From: Tortispora ganteri
Lineage: Eukaryota
Direction: 5' to 3'
Assembly: GCA_003707115.1 (NCBI GenBank)
Contig: PPNB01000001.1
Location: 682,001 to 746,000, forward strand
Length of the DNA: 64,000 bases
Below are positions 1 to 10,251 of the stretch, piece after piece. Position 1 is the stretch's first letter. Every line of letters begins with the position of its first letter. Below the pieces are notes generated by a model. That model was not told the DNA's origin, made no database searches, and saw only the letters and a list, made by a program, of their open reading frames with translations. The position numbers were made by a program, and so were the translations under genes.

Positions 1-246
1 TGCACTGGAAGGTACGTCAGTATGGGCATCGTCCAGGTGTCTGTTGAGTTGTGCAAGAGAGACCATCTCTTTATTACATATGGGACATATGAATCGTTCA
101 ATTTCGTTAATTGTGGATGTTTCGGAGGATAACAGCGATTCCGACGATGGTGACACAGCATCCACAAGATGAGAATTAGCTGTCAAAGTATCCTTATACG
201 GATTTTCAGGCTTGCCGAGCACCCGCCGAGGTTTTGGGCGGTCCAT
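1..246 (-). CDS. PEP7: 5' part of Pep7/Vac1 (rabenosyn-5-like) vacuolar sorting protein; runs off the window edge
   Basis: Manual translation from the ATG at 246 gives MDRPKPRRVLGK...FICPICNKEMVSLAQLNRHLDDAH, a C2H2 finger typical of the Pep7/rabenosyn N-terminus. Not in the ORF track because it is truncated. Confidence 0.75.
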   Translation of the reverse strand, partial: MDRPKPRRVLGKPENPYKDTLTANSHLVDAVSPSSESLLSSETSTINEIERFICPICNKEMVSLAQLNRHLDDAHTDVPSSA

Positions 247-728
247 TGTCGGTAAAGGCTCAATTATAAGAGAGAAGTGTAATGTGAGGGTATGGCGACA
301 CAACCTGCGGATGTAAAGAAGCCGAGAAATCGAGTAAATCAAGCGCGGTACGTACAAATACAAAACGTCCGGCTATATATGGACCGCCTCCTCCCCGATA
401 TACGGTATTTTGGGCTATTGGTGGGTTGCAGCCCCTTTAGCAGTGGGGTTGACTACTTCTAGGTGTACACAGACGGTGCAACGTCCCAGAGCCAGAACTA
501 GTATATGGAGCCATTATAATCCAAAGTGCCAGTTCTTGATCGAAAACGAAGCCTGTAAGAGCTCAATTTTGAATCTAAAGACACTAATAGACGTTGTTAA
601 ATTTCGACGTTTTATAAGAAAACGTTGTAAAATAAACAACTTCGTTTGAATTTTAGTATCCAATTGTTCACAAAGCCGTACATTCCCTCTGTGGAAGCTA
701 AACTTTTGTCTTACAACTACAACATCCC

Positions 729-1121
729 ATGAAGGTCAATACGGCATCACGGAATGACATAGATGTGTCAGTTGTATCATTTATAGATAAAATTGTTATT
801 ACTATATCAAAAAATGGTAAATTAGGACAATTCTATTCTGTGGATTTGCTGCCAGGACTGGGTCGCGCTTCTGATGAAGACGATCTACTTTTGACGCATT
901 TAACACCTAAACCGCTGTTTGGCCAATCACCGCTGGGTGAACTCTATGCCTGCAGAATAGCCTCGCATATTTCGAGAATGGCCCCTGAAGAGTCCAGAAC
1001 ATTGCTTATAGCTATAGGCGGTCTTATTCCGCCGCCTTCTGCCGGGGTCAACTACTCGACCGAGAACGAAACCCTGAACACCTGCATAGACCTACTCGAC
1101 AAGTGCTCGGTATGGTCTTAA
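729..1121 (+). CDS. Proteasome assembly chaperone 3 (PAC3/PSMG3-like)
   Basis: 130 aa; FIDKIVITISKNGKLG, LGELYACRIASHI and EESRTLLIAIG resemble fungal PAC3 motifs. Confidence 0.65.
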   Translation: MKVNTASRNDIDVSVVSFIDKIVITISKNGKLGQFYSVDLLPGLGRASDEDDLLLTHLTPKPLFGQSPLGELYACRIASHISRMAPEESRTLLIAIGGLIPPPSAGVNYSTENETLNTCIDLLDKCSVWS

Positions 1122-1484
1122 AATTACCTACAAAAGGATAATTACTCTGTTCTCAATCTGCTCTATTTGTACCCTTAGTAAATTATGAGCAACATACATT
1201 TTATCTGCTGGTTGTCTTTCATTTTCCCTATTAGGTAACAGCCTCTATCGTATGGACCCTATCACATACATCCTTCTGGATCTCTAACAGAATTGGCTTG
1301 TCCCTGCCAGCTAATCTTCTCCAAATAAGGACGCTATACGCTCACAGGCATGCGTGTTATTTTCTCATATATCCCATACCGGTGAGAATAACCGATTTGC
1401 AACAGGCCACGCAATACTTCGAAATGAATATAAATACATGTCTCTTTTCGCTTTTTGTATCATCATCACCACTCCTATTCGACA

Positions 1485-2756
1485 ATGCAAAAATTCGCTA
1501 TCGCAGCTGCCGCTCTTTCTTCCATTGCTTCTGCCTCTGCTGCCGCTTCTGCTGAAGCCAAGGCCACCGCTTTCACACCCTCTTCCGAGGTCATCTTCCA
1601 TCCTCCTAACGTGAAGGCTAGCTACTGCTCTTTAGTCCGTGATGCTGGAAACGGTCGCTTCGAACCCGTACAGTCCTACGCTGTTGGAAATGCCCAGGCT
1701 GCAGCTGACATTGCTTTCCGCATTGCTCCTTCCATTGCTGCCGGAAAGTATTTCTTCGCTGTCGGTAACGACCGCGATGTCTATTTTTCCAATGCTTTTA
1801 CCATCGAAAGCTGCCAAAATGTCAATGCTGTTGGATTCTGCCCCCCTGTCACTCCTTGCAGAGATGGCTGCGGAATTTCATTCGCCGCCCCTCAACCGGT
1901 CTCTGCTACCGGTGGACTACCCTCTCTGGTTTGCCTCGAGGGCGACTGCGTTGCTATTTCTAACGCAGTCGTAAAGGCAGAAGCATCTGCCGAAGCTGCT
2001 GCTTCTGCTAACGGCGGAAGCGCCGAAGCTTACGCCTCTGCTTATGCTGATGCCTATGTCCAATCCATTGGTGGTTCCGCCATTGCTCAGGCTCAGGCTG
2101 CTGCTTCTGCTTCTGGCGGCCGCGCTGCTGCTTCTGCCGACGCTTCTGCCGAAGCTAGCAGCAACCAGCTCGGTGGAGCTTCTGCTTATGCAGCTGCTAA
2201 CGCTCATGCTAGCGTTCAAGGCAATGGCCATGCAGATGCCAGCGCCTCTGCCTCCGCTTCTGCCAATGGCAATGGCAACGGCAATGCTCATGCAGATGCC
2301 AGCGCCTCTGCATCCGCTTCTGCTAATGGAAACAGCAATGCTCATGCAGATGCCAAAGCATCTGCTTCTGCCAACGGTAAAGGAGCTGGCAGTGCCTCTG
2401 CTGAGGCTTCTGCTAAAGCGGATGCCGACGGAAAAGGTCACAGCTATGCCAAGGGCGTTGCTTCTGACGGAAAGAAGACTGTTATCCAGACCTCTGACTC
2501 TGAGAAGGGTACCACTGTTGAGTGCATCAACTGCGACATTCCTAACGTTGAACCCGCTCGTTATTCCAAGCCTCAGGATACCAAAGTTGCCTCTAAACCC
2601 AAGAACGATTCGCCTAAAGTCGCTGCCGCTTCTGGACTTCCTCCTCGTAACGCCACTTACTCCGCAGCAAACGCTGCCTCTCAGTTTGGCGTTGGCGCTG
2701 GTGTTACCGCTGTTGCTGCCGCTGCCGGTCTGATCTCCTTGTCTATGCTTCTCTAA
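1485..2756 (+). CDS. Secreted, probably GPI-anchored Ala/Ser-rich cell-surface protein with a Cys-containing N-terminal domain
   Basis: First ATG at 1485 gives the signal peptide MQKFAIAAAALSSIASA. Ala-alternating repeats follow, then a C-terminal hydrophobic tail after small residues. Codon usage is biased toward GCT/GCC/TCT. Confidence 0.85.
   Translation: MQKFAIAAAALSSIASASAAASAEAKATAFTPSSEVIFHPPNVKASYCSLVRDAGNGRFEPVQSYAVGNAQAAADIAFRIAPSIAAGKYFFAVGNDRDVYFSNAFTIESCQNVNAVGFCPPVTPCRDGCGISFAAPQPVSATGGLPSLVCLEGDCVAISNAVVKAEASAEAAASANGGSAEAYASAYADAYVQSIGGSAIAQAQAAASASGGRAAASADASAEASSNQLGGASAYAAANAHASVQGNGHADASASASASANGNGNGNAHADASASASASANGNSNAHADAKASASANGKGAGSASAEASAKADADGKGHSYAKGVASDGKKTVIQTSDSEKGTTVECINCDIPNVEPARYSKPQDTKVASKPKNDSPKVAAASGLPPRNATYSAANAASQFGVGAGVTAVAAAAGLISLSMLL
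2221..2375 (+). repeat. Intragenic tandem repeat, units of about 54-60 bp encoding HADASASASASANGNG
   Basis: CATGCAGATGCC recurs at about 2229, 2289 and 2343 with near-identical downstream sequence. Confidence 0.85.
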
Positions 2757-3023
2757 GCAACAATTATGTAGCCATTAATCATAAATAAGATACAGTTAGT
2801 CTATTGGATCGTTCATTGCGTAATCTTATTGTAGCGCAGTATACCCCAATGCACATATTCTAGCGATCAATGCACAAGTAAGGGCCCGCATTCTGCACTA
2901 TGCAGGGGCCTACTCAACTAGACACAAAGCACAAACATAAATTTGTCCCTTGGGTAGTAGCGTAATAATATATAAGGGGCGGTTTTGTCTTTGAATGAGA
3001 CCGCTTACTGCAAGTTATAAAAT

Positions 3024-3305
3024 ATGTTACAAGGATTAGTGTACTTAGCTCTTTTGACTGTCGGAATAAACGCCCAGGAGTCAGCACCCGCCTATACCGG
3101 AACCGATGCTCCTATTGCTACTGGCATTAGAGCTACAGGACCTCTTTTGACTCCTGAAGTGCAACAAGACGGCAGCTACGCGTGTCCTGAGGTACCTGTT
3201 TGCACACCCTGTGTGTACGTTCCAGGTAACTCCGCCTCAGCCATCACCAAGAGCGTTTTCCTCAAAAGCGCCGCTTTGGCTGTTGCAGCAGCTTTGATGT
3301 TGTAA
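3024..3305 (+). CDS. Small secreted, probably GPI-anchored protein (93 aa)
   Basis: Signal peptide MLQGLVYLALLTVGINA, motif CPEVPVCTPC, hydrophobic C-terminus; TATA-like element at about 2968. Confidence 0.75.
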   Translation: MLQGLVYLALLTVGINAQESAPAYTGTDAPIATGIRATGPLLTPEVQQDGSYACPEVPVCTPCVYVPGNSASAITKSVFLKSAALAVAAALML

Positions 3306-3611
3306 TTTTAGACAGCATAATCAGCAGTTCAGCTCGTACAATAGAGATATAATATAGCTGTATAGCCCAGAAACGTAGTACAGTAAGCGGCTATTAAGGT
3401 TTCGCGTTCATCCATCTTTGGGCGGAGACCCTATATATGAACACCAGCGTTAGGGAGGTTAGTAGGCTTAGTGTACCTATTCGACCCATTTGCGCACGCC
3501 AGGTTCTTTATATCTCTCTATTCTTTTGGCGCGCTGAACAGACAGACTAAGGTTACACGTGCGTTTTAAAATAAGCGACAGGAAGTTTACAGAGTTTGTA
3601 CGCCAGAAACC

Positions 3612-4184
3612 ATGGGAAAGGCACAATCGAAGCTGAGCCAGGAAGAAGTGCAGGAGCTTCAAAAAAGCACAAAATTCGATAGGAAAGAGCTGCAACAGTG
3701 GTATAAGGACTTTCTCAGGGATTGTCCAAGCGGCCAATTGAAACGTGAAGACTTCCACAAAGTATATAAGCAGTTTTTCCCGTTCGGAGACTCTTCTAGT
3801 TTTGCCGAGTATGTGTTTCATGTGTTTGATAGTGACCGATCGGGTGAGATCGAGTTCCGTGAATTCATTGTGGCGCTCTCTGTGACCTCCCGAGGCACGA
3901 TCGACGAGAAACTGGAATGGGCGTTCCAACTTTACGACCAGGATGATGATGGTATCATTAGTCGCGAAGAGATGCTGCGCGTAGTGGAGGCGCTCTACAA
4001 AATGGTGGAATCAATGGTGAAACTGCCTGAAGACGAAGCCACACCTGAGAAGCGTGTCGACAAGATATTCAATAGAATGGATAAGAATAACGACGGTGAG
4101 ATTACGAAAGAAGAATTTATGGAGGGCGCCAAGAATGATCCCTCTATGTACGAGGCTTTGTGTTTGTATGACGGTTTAGTATGA
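3612..4184 (+). CDS. FRQ1: Frequenin / neuronal calcium sensor-1 homolog
   Basis: Myristoylation start [27 protein letters not shown]-hands, C-terminal LYDGLV. Confidence 0.97.
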   Translation: MGKAQSKLSQEEVQELQKSTKFDRKELQQWYKDFLRDCPSGQLKREDFHKVYKQFFPFGDSSSFAEYVFHVFDSDRSGEIEFREFIVALSVTSRGTIDEKLEWAFQLYDQDDDGIISREEMLRVVEALYKMVESMVKLPEDEATPEKRVDKIFNRMDKNNDGEITKEEFMEGAKNDPSMYEALCLYDGLV

Positions 4185-4271
4185 AAGGCAATGCATTTTG
4201 GCGCTGGTGCCAGGATCAGGTGAGTGCATTACATGTCAAATTTAGAATCAACAAGTATATCCGTAAACCCA

Positions 4272-4905
4272 TTAGGCGTCTTCCCAGCTTTTCTCCACTA
4301 CTTCTCTGACACGCTTATTGTACTGCTTTCGGTGATCTTTATAGAGCGCAGAAGCCTCTGCGTTGGCTGGACTTGAGGTGTTAGGGTCATTTAGTAAGCT
4401 TTGAATAGATGTGAGAATGGCGGCCACGTCATATGTCGGCGACCATCGGTTCTGTAAAATGTCTAAACACAGGTCGCCCGTGGCATATACGTTCGGATGA
4501 AACATTTCGGATACAAATCGCACAACTGGCGCCTTGTTCGGGTACTGCTCGTCAAACTGCAGTACTAGTCTGAATGTGCCATCTTCGTATGGGGTGTCAG
4601 CAGGACCCAAAATCACGGCGTTCCAGGTCATGACATTATCCGCCACAGGGGAAGCCGAAACGCCAGCAGGTGGATCGGCCTGCATGCGCTAGTGTGTTTG
4701 TTAGTTTTAAGTTTTATTTTATGTCTGACTATGGGTCGTATCAGGTTCGGCTTCGGCGTCGAAAACTGATTGGCAAGGTGGTGTGCGCCATCTTCCCGGA
4801 TCTGACGAACAACTCAGTTTCGCCGCACAAACAAATCCATCCCGTACAGTACCCGCTACTTACCTTCAAATCACGCATAAGACGTTTGCGTGCAGTGGTA
4901 GACAT
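4272..4905 (-). CDS. RAD6: Ubiquitin-conjugating enzyme E2 Rad6/Ubc2; exons 4905-4864 and 4688-4272
   Basis: Exon 1 [20 protein letters not shown] donor at 4863, ACTAAC branch point, TAG acceptor at 4689; joins in frame to RMQADPP...[22 protein letters not shown]. Confidence 0.96.
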
Positions 4906-5019
4906 CTTCTTGTTAACAGTGAATCTTTTGGATGCGCGTTAGTGACTGTACAACTTCTGGGTAGAAGAAGGGGCAGAGAAAAGACAGAGGCAATATAATC
5001 CCCCATATTCCATCCTATG

Positions 5020-5028
5020 GTCACGTGA
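5020..5028. promoter_or_regulatory. Cbf1-type bHLH site (GTCACGTGA) upstream of RAD6
   Basis: Matches RTCACGTG about 115 bp upstream of the RAD6 ATG. Confidence 0.45.
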
Positions 5029-5106
5029 GCACCTTAGCGCCCGCGCACAATAAACGAAACCAGTTGTGAGTATTATTTCCATTATTTTATACTATTGATA
5101 GTTCTG

Positions 5107-6183
5107 CTAAAATACGCATTTGTAGAGCAATCTCGCCAGTACAAACGGCACCAGCAACATTGCCGGATCAAACAGTGTCCGTAGGTGGGCGCCGACTTCC
5201 AATCTTTCCACGTCGTCGTCAAAAAGTTTGTACTCATCATTAAAGCGGGTCATAGTTTTGTCTTTCTGATACCAGAGATCTGTCAGCCATTTGTCAAATG
5301 TCGACTGGCTTTCCAGCGGTATATCTTTGATGGGAATTTTCTGCAAGTCGAAATGCACCGCGGTCGGCTGTATGCCTTTCAATGAGCTTCTACGTAACGA
5401 GAAGTAGTCTTCACCATACTCGTCTTTCGGCAGTCCTTCATAGCCAAATGTGCCATTGCAAAGGTATTCCACAGAACCCTTGAGACCACATAAATACGTG
5501 TAGAGGCCTGTTGACTTAGGTAGCAGTACGCGTTTCGGAACATCTAAATTGTTCTTCTCCGCCCATCTGCGGGTGCTAGCACGCCCATTGTCGCAAAGTA
5601 CGGTGCCTTCTGGGAATATGAGAAAAAATAGTGGCCATTTATCGCCGCCAAGATTATCAGAGCCTGTGATTTGCGCGACATCGTTAGCAATCCTCTTTTC
5701 GTCGATCTTCCAGTTACGTGCCAGGAAGTTGAACCGGAAGAACTGCATGGCCCAACCAGTTACCGGTAACTTCTTTAGAGACTCTTTAGAGACTATATGC
5801 ATGCCACGGTCCACGTCACACATATATGCAAGAACCCACGAATGTATCCAGTCCGTGTAGATCTGATGATTGCTTATGAACAGGGTGCGCTTGAGTCCCT
5901 CACCGCCTGTCTTGTACATTGTGATGGCGTCGCCGTACAGTACATACTTTATCCCGTAGCATATATTGTTTATTGTAAGTGAAATACTGAATAGTCTGAT
6001 AGCGAACGTCATAGCATACCGATGCAGGTTGTTAAACAGCTTGCTAGTGGGGAACATGTGCTCTCCAATGAGCACTGGCAGACACAGGATTTCCAATAAT
6101 GTGACTGATGCCGCTCCAAACATAAAATTTAAGAAGGGTATTATCAGCCTTATAGTCCATAGAACATCACTTAAGAATTGCAT
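5107..6183 (-). CDS. Lysophospholipid acyltransferase (Cst26/LCLAT1 family)
   Basis: NHQIYTDW (HX4D) motif, FPEGT and LLPKSTG; first ATG at 6183. Confidence 0.9.
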   Translation of the reverse strand: MQFLSDVLWTIRLIIPFLNFMFGAASVTLLEILCLPVLIGEHMFPTSKLFNNLHRYAMTFAIRLFSISLTINNICYGIKYVLYGDAITMYKTGGEGLKRTLFISNHQIYTDWIHSWVLAYMCDVDRGMHIVSKESLKKLPVTGWAMQFFRFNFLARNWKIDEKRIANDVAQITGSDNLGGDKWPLFFLIFPEGTVLCDNGRASTRRWAEKNNLDVPKRVLLPKSTGLYTYLCGLKGSVEYLCNGTFGYEGLPKDEYGEDYFSLRRSSLKGIQPTAVHFDLQKIPIKDIPLESQSTFDKWLTDLWYQKDKTMTRFNDEYKLFDDDVERLEVGAHLRTLFDPAMLLVPFVLARLLYKCVF

Positions 6184-6971
6184 AGTGTAATTATAAGTGT
6201 AGGTTAACAATTTAAACGGCTCACTTGGCTTCTTGTTTGACTCCAAGTGTATTGGTGTATGCCGTTGCTATGCTGTTAAAAACACGTATCGTAAAGGAGT
6301 GTCCATCCGTAGATGGTTTTCACCTACGACAGGATAGTCCTTGCAGTACGGGCGTATACATCTCCACCGATTCATGTAGATAATATTTAAAAATACTTAC
6401 TGGAAATTCACCTGCTTAGCGCAGCTGGTTAATTTAAAGATGAAAATCAGAATGACGGGTCGACTATCCGTTAAACATATGGAGAAACACTAATCTGCGC
6501 CGCACCCGAAGGCAGACCGTTATTCGATGAAGGCATCAAAGTTACAGGCAGGTTTGTTTAGAGTACAAAATGCTTCCTGTACAAAGACATAGAGCGCAGA
6601 ATGTACAGCAAATTGAGGTTTGACGTACCTGCAATACGTTTATTTTGAATGCTACGATGGCACAATATCGATAAAGGCGAAAACTCCGACTAATGAAGCC
6701 AGTTGTACCATTTCTACGCCATACGGCCAACTTGCGATGCCGCCTATTAAGAATATTGTGCACTCTCACATTAAACTTCGCCTATCGCCAAGTAGGAAAC
6801 TTTGGCCAAGACCTTCATGCGTTTTCAGAGCAGAACCAATCAATGTCCTAAAGGCCTAATGCAAGCAATATATTGCTAGTTGCTCACTGTAGATTTTACT
6901 ATTGGATAACTGCAGATCTCGCTCATTCGTAGACTTATTAGAAGAGTTGAATAGTACAAGCAAAGCACCAA

Positions 6972-6979
6972 CACGTGGG
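6972..6979. promoter_or_regulatory. Pho4-type site CACGTGGG upstream of GIT1
   Basis: CACGTGGG about 380 bp upstream of a gene family known to be PHO-regulated. Confidence 0.4.
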
Positions 6980-7356
6980 CGCAAAATGCGAAACGGAATT
7001 GAAATGTTCCAACAAAGTTTGCTTTCTATGCTGATGCCGCGGATTTCTAGCCAATAGCGAAAATTCGCGTGCAAAAGCTTACATGACACTTGCTGAATGG
7101 AAACTCTAATGCGTTAGTGCTTTAGAACAGAAAAGCACCGTTTTTAGCACCCTTACGCCTTTTTTTTACCGTTTAGTTTTTTCCTCATTTAGGTCGCATA
7201 GAATCGACTTAAAACCACATTCGCAGATAAAACAGCGTCATTGGTCAATTAAGTAGCGTCAGACCTTTACTTAACTGACCTTCTCGCACTTTACGTTCAC
7301 TGTTTTTCTCATCACTTCCTGTGCCTGGTATCAAAAGGTACCATCTCGTTTGTAAA

Positions 7357-8910
7357 ATGATTTTTAAACGAAATAAAAAGAACCATGAACCTTCTGTAGA
7401 AGCATCAGCATCTTATGAGTTGTCGCAAGAACCAAACCTCAACGAACCTGTCAAAGACACTCGCGTGAGGAAGCATATTTGGAGTATTATTGGATCAGGC
7501 GCTGGTCTCTTTTCGGACGGCTATGTGAACAACATTATTGGTTCTGTTAACACTATTTTAAACAAGCTATATCCGACAGAGTACGCACAGAGCAGCGCAG
7601 TATCCAATGTTAGCTCCATCGCGTTTGCCGGTACCGTTCTTGGCCAGTTGGTGTTCGGCTACTTCGCTGACAAACATTCTCGCAGCCTCTGCCTTACAAT
7701 ATCAACACTCATACTTATCGTTTTCTCCATTCTGGCAGCTGGATCATGGGGTGCTGGCGGTTCAATAGGTGGAATGCTGGCAGCTTTAACGGCATACCGT
7801 TTTTTTCTTGGTGTTGGAATTGGTGGTGAATACCCCGCAGGTTCTGTCGCATGCGCCGAAGCTTCTAATGAAGTGAAAAAGGGCAGCAGAAACCGCTGGT
7901 TCGTCTGGTTCACAAATTCTATGATAGATTTTGGATTCGTAGTCGCTGCATTCGTTCCGCTCGTTTTACTTTGGATATGCGGTATGGATCATCTGGATGT
8001 CGTATGGCGTGTCGGTCTTGGACTGGGCGCTATTCCTCCTTTGTCTCTTCTATATATTCGTCTGCATCTGAAAGAGTCAGAACAGTTCGCCAAAACATCC
8101 ATGCGCCATGTACATATCCCATATATGCTTGTTATCAGGTACTACTGGTTCAGACTTATCGTTGTAAGTTTGATCTGGTTCATTTATGATTTTGGTGCGT
8201 ACTCCTTCGGACTTTATTCTTCTTTCATTCTCAGTCAAATAGTAACAGAAGACAGTCTTTATGAGTCATTCGGATGGAACGTCGTCTTCAACTTGTTTTA
8301 TATTCCCGGCTGTCTTCTTGGAGCTCTTTTCGCCGATTGGTGGGGTCCCAAGATAACGCTCACAGTCGGCGTGTCAATGCAGGCGGTGATCGGCTTTATT
8401 ATGGCCGGTCTTTTCGTGAAACTTAGAGAAACTGTTGGAGCTTTTGTGGTTGTGTACGGTATTTTTGCATCATTTGGCGAATTCGGTCCGGGCGATAATA
8501 TCGGTCTTATCGCCTCAAAGACTTCAGCCAGCCCGATACGTGGCCACTATTATGGAATATGTGCCGCAGTGGGAAAGGTAGGTGCATTTGTAGGCACTTA
8601 TGTGTTCCCTGTGATAATCAAAAACCTCGGTAAAGATGACCCCATTAAGGGATATCAGGGCGTTTTCTGGGTGTCATCATCGTTGTGTGTACTCTCTGCG
8701 GTGATTTGCATGGCATTCATTCCGCGAATTGACCAAGATTGCATTGTCAGCGAAGACGAAGCCTTCCTCGAGTATCTCGAGTCTAAAGGATGGGATACAT
8801 CACGTCTTGGTCTATTGAGAAAGGAAGGAGACTTTGAGTCTACTGAGTCTACTGCTTCAAATGATTTCCTCGTGGACCAGCAGGAACAATATGATGACAA
8901 GAAACAGTGA
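7357..8910 (+). CDS. GIT1: Glycerophosphodiester (GroPIns/GroPCho) permease, MFS
   Basis: GAGLFSDGYVNN, FAGTVLGQLVFG, GIGGEYPAGSVACAE, FGEFGPGDNIG; about 12 TM segments; first ATG at 7357. Confidence 0.9.
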   Translation: MIFKRNKKNHEPSVEASASYELSQEPNLNEPVKDTRVRKHIWSIIGSGAGLFSDGYVNNIIGSVNTILNKLYPTEYAQSSAVSNVSSIAFAGTVLGQLVFGYFADKHSRSLCLTISTLILIVFSILAAGSWGAGGSIGGMLAALTAYRFFLGVGIGGEYPAGSVACAEASNEVKKGSRNRWFVWFTNSMIDFGFVVAAFVPLVLLWICGMDHLDVVWRVGLGLGAIPPLSLLYIRLHLKESEQFAKTSMRHVHIPYMLVIRYYWFRLIVVSLIWFIYDFGAYSFGLYSSFILSQIVTEDSLYESFGWNVVFNLFYIPGCLLGALFADWWGPKITLTVGVSMQAVIGFIMAGLFVKLRETVGAFVVVYGIFASFGEFGPGDNIGLIASKTSASPIRGHYYGICAAVGKVGAFVGTYVFPVIIKNLGKDDPIKGYQGVFWVSSSLCVLSAVICMAFIPRIDQDCIVSEDEAFLEYLESKGWDTSRLGLLRKEGDFESTESTASNDFLVDQQEQYDDKKQ

Positions 8911-9037
8911 GAATGCCTATAATTCACGGCACGCTTTATTGCAAAACAACAATTTGTGAAAATATATGGAAGTATGGATAACTGCTGAGTTACTGCTCGT
9001 ATTGTTATAGGCACTCCCAAGCATCTCTATCACTGCG

Positions 9038-10165
9038 CTAAACGATTGTGCGTATGCCACTTAGACGTAGCTTGACACTCCGTTTGACCAATTGCAATGA
9101 AGCGCGGGCATCTTCAGCCGGATCATGCTCTCCTGTTTGGATGTCCTTATTTAGGTACTTCTTGGAAAGTGCTTTTAGACTTTCTTTATAGGGCGGGCCT
9201 CGGCGATGAGGATACAGTAATGCGGTGTCGATCACCGATAAGTGTATCAGTCTCATTGCGTTCAAGTCATTTTCGAGTCCATGTCCAATAATGATAGTTT
9301 CAGGGGACAGCAGCTGAAACAATTTCCGACGTGCTTCGTCTAGCGAGACGGCGTTTATCATGTCTTCTTCTCTCACACCTGAATACAAAGTGACGTAGTC
9401 CCAGACCTCGCCTTGTGGCTTTATATAGATGTTCAGTATCAGTTCCTCAGTAAAGTAGTCCACTACTGACAGTTGTGTGACTTCTTTGCCAAGAGACGTG
9501 TAACCCATTTCGCAGTCGAGGGCAAGTACTGGCAACTTATCGGTAGACGGTTCTGTTTCAGCAAAAGGTACGACCTTATGTAGTGATCCCGGCTCGGCTC
9601 TTTCATATACATGCGAATGAAATGTGGTACAAGGATAGGTATCGGCAGAGTATGCATTGCGTCCGCAACAGGAATAGACGATTCGTTCAGCTACTTTGGT
9701 TCTTTTGCCGCTGTGATATTTGCACTCGCTATGGGGTTTGTTAACGCTAAAATACTCGCCACAGCGTCGACAAGTCTGAAAATCATCATCTTCTAAAGCT
9801 TCTTCAGGTATGCTTATTATATAATCGGCCTTTTTAAGTTCGTCAGAGCTGTGTTTGAGAGTTTTTAATGTAGTTATATGCTGCTCTTTATCTTGCAGAA
9901 CGCTGTGCTCCACGGGTCGCGTTGGAATTTTCAGGGGCTCGCCTTTTTTGATTGCATTAATTTGTTTTGATGCAGCTAGTTTATATTCATTGGCGTTCTT
10001 GGACTTGGAGGCGATGAGAAATTCGGCGTGCGAGGCGGCCGAGTTCGGTTTCTTGTGGTTCTTTGACCGGTATGCTCGTGCCAAACTCTCAAGGCAGGAT
10101 CGTCTAATATTGTGCACTACTGGAGGGTGTGGGTACACTTCCTTCAGTGCCAATAAATCTGACAT
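9038..10165 (-). CDS. REX3: RNA exonuclease 3 (DEDDh)
   Basis: ALDCEMGYT, GHGLENDLNAMRLIH, HDPAEDARA; CRRC...CKYH-type Cys region. Confidence 0.9.
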   Translation of the reverse strand: MSDLLALKEVYPHPPVVHNIRRSCLESLARAYRSKNHKKPNSAASHAEFLIASKSKNANEYKLAASKQINAIKKGEPLKIPTRPVEHSVLQDKEQHITTLKTLKHSSDELKKADYIISIPEEALEDDDFQTCRRCGEYFSVNKPHSECKYHSGKRTKVAERIVYSCCGRNAYSADTYPCTTFHSHVYERAEPGSLHKVVPFAETEPSTDKLPVLALDCEMGYTSLGKEVTQLSVVDYFTEELILNIYIKPQGEVWDYVTLYSGVREEDMINAVSLDEARRKLFQLLSPETIIIGHGLENDLNAMRLIHLSVIDTALLYPHRRGPPYKESLKALSKKYLNKDIQTGEHDPAEDARASLQLVKRSVKLRLSGIRTIV

Positions 10166-10237
10166 TCAAGAGCGGACTATGACGTTAGCGCTGAATCACA
10201 CGTGTACTGGCAGTCGGAGAAAGGGCATTAATTGGTC

Positions 10238-10251
10238 GGGTAAATTTACCC
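10238..10251. promoter_or_regulatory. Perfect 14-bp palindrome GGGTAAATTTACCC (inverted Reb1-like half sites) in the REX3 promoter
   Basis: Seen directly; CGGGTAA at 10237-10243 is the Reb1 core; a CACGTG lies at 10199. Confidence 0.5.

Noticed and set aside
1298..2733. Overlapping alternative-frame ORFs (e.g. 2044-2733 Leu/Pro-rich, 1917-2441 antisense)
   Set aside because: By-products of GCT/TCT repeats in the Ala-rich gene
3612..4184. Alternative yeast genetic code (CUG = Ser or Ala)
   Set aside because: CTG encodes conserved leucines in frequenin (SKLS, ELQQW, EKLEW), which supports the standard code
6247..7320. Short ORFs of 75-79 aa or an ncRNA between the acyltransferase and GIT1
   Set aside because: Mostly non-ATG starts, no motifs, no recognisable snRNA/snoRNA/tRNA signature
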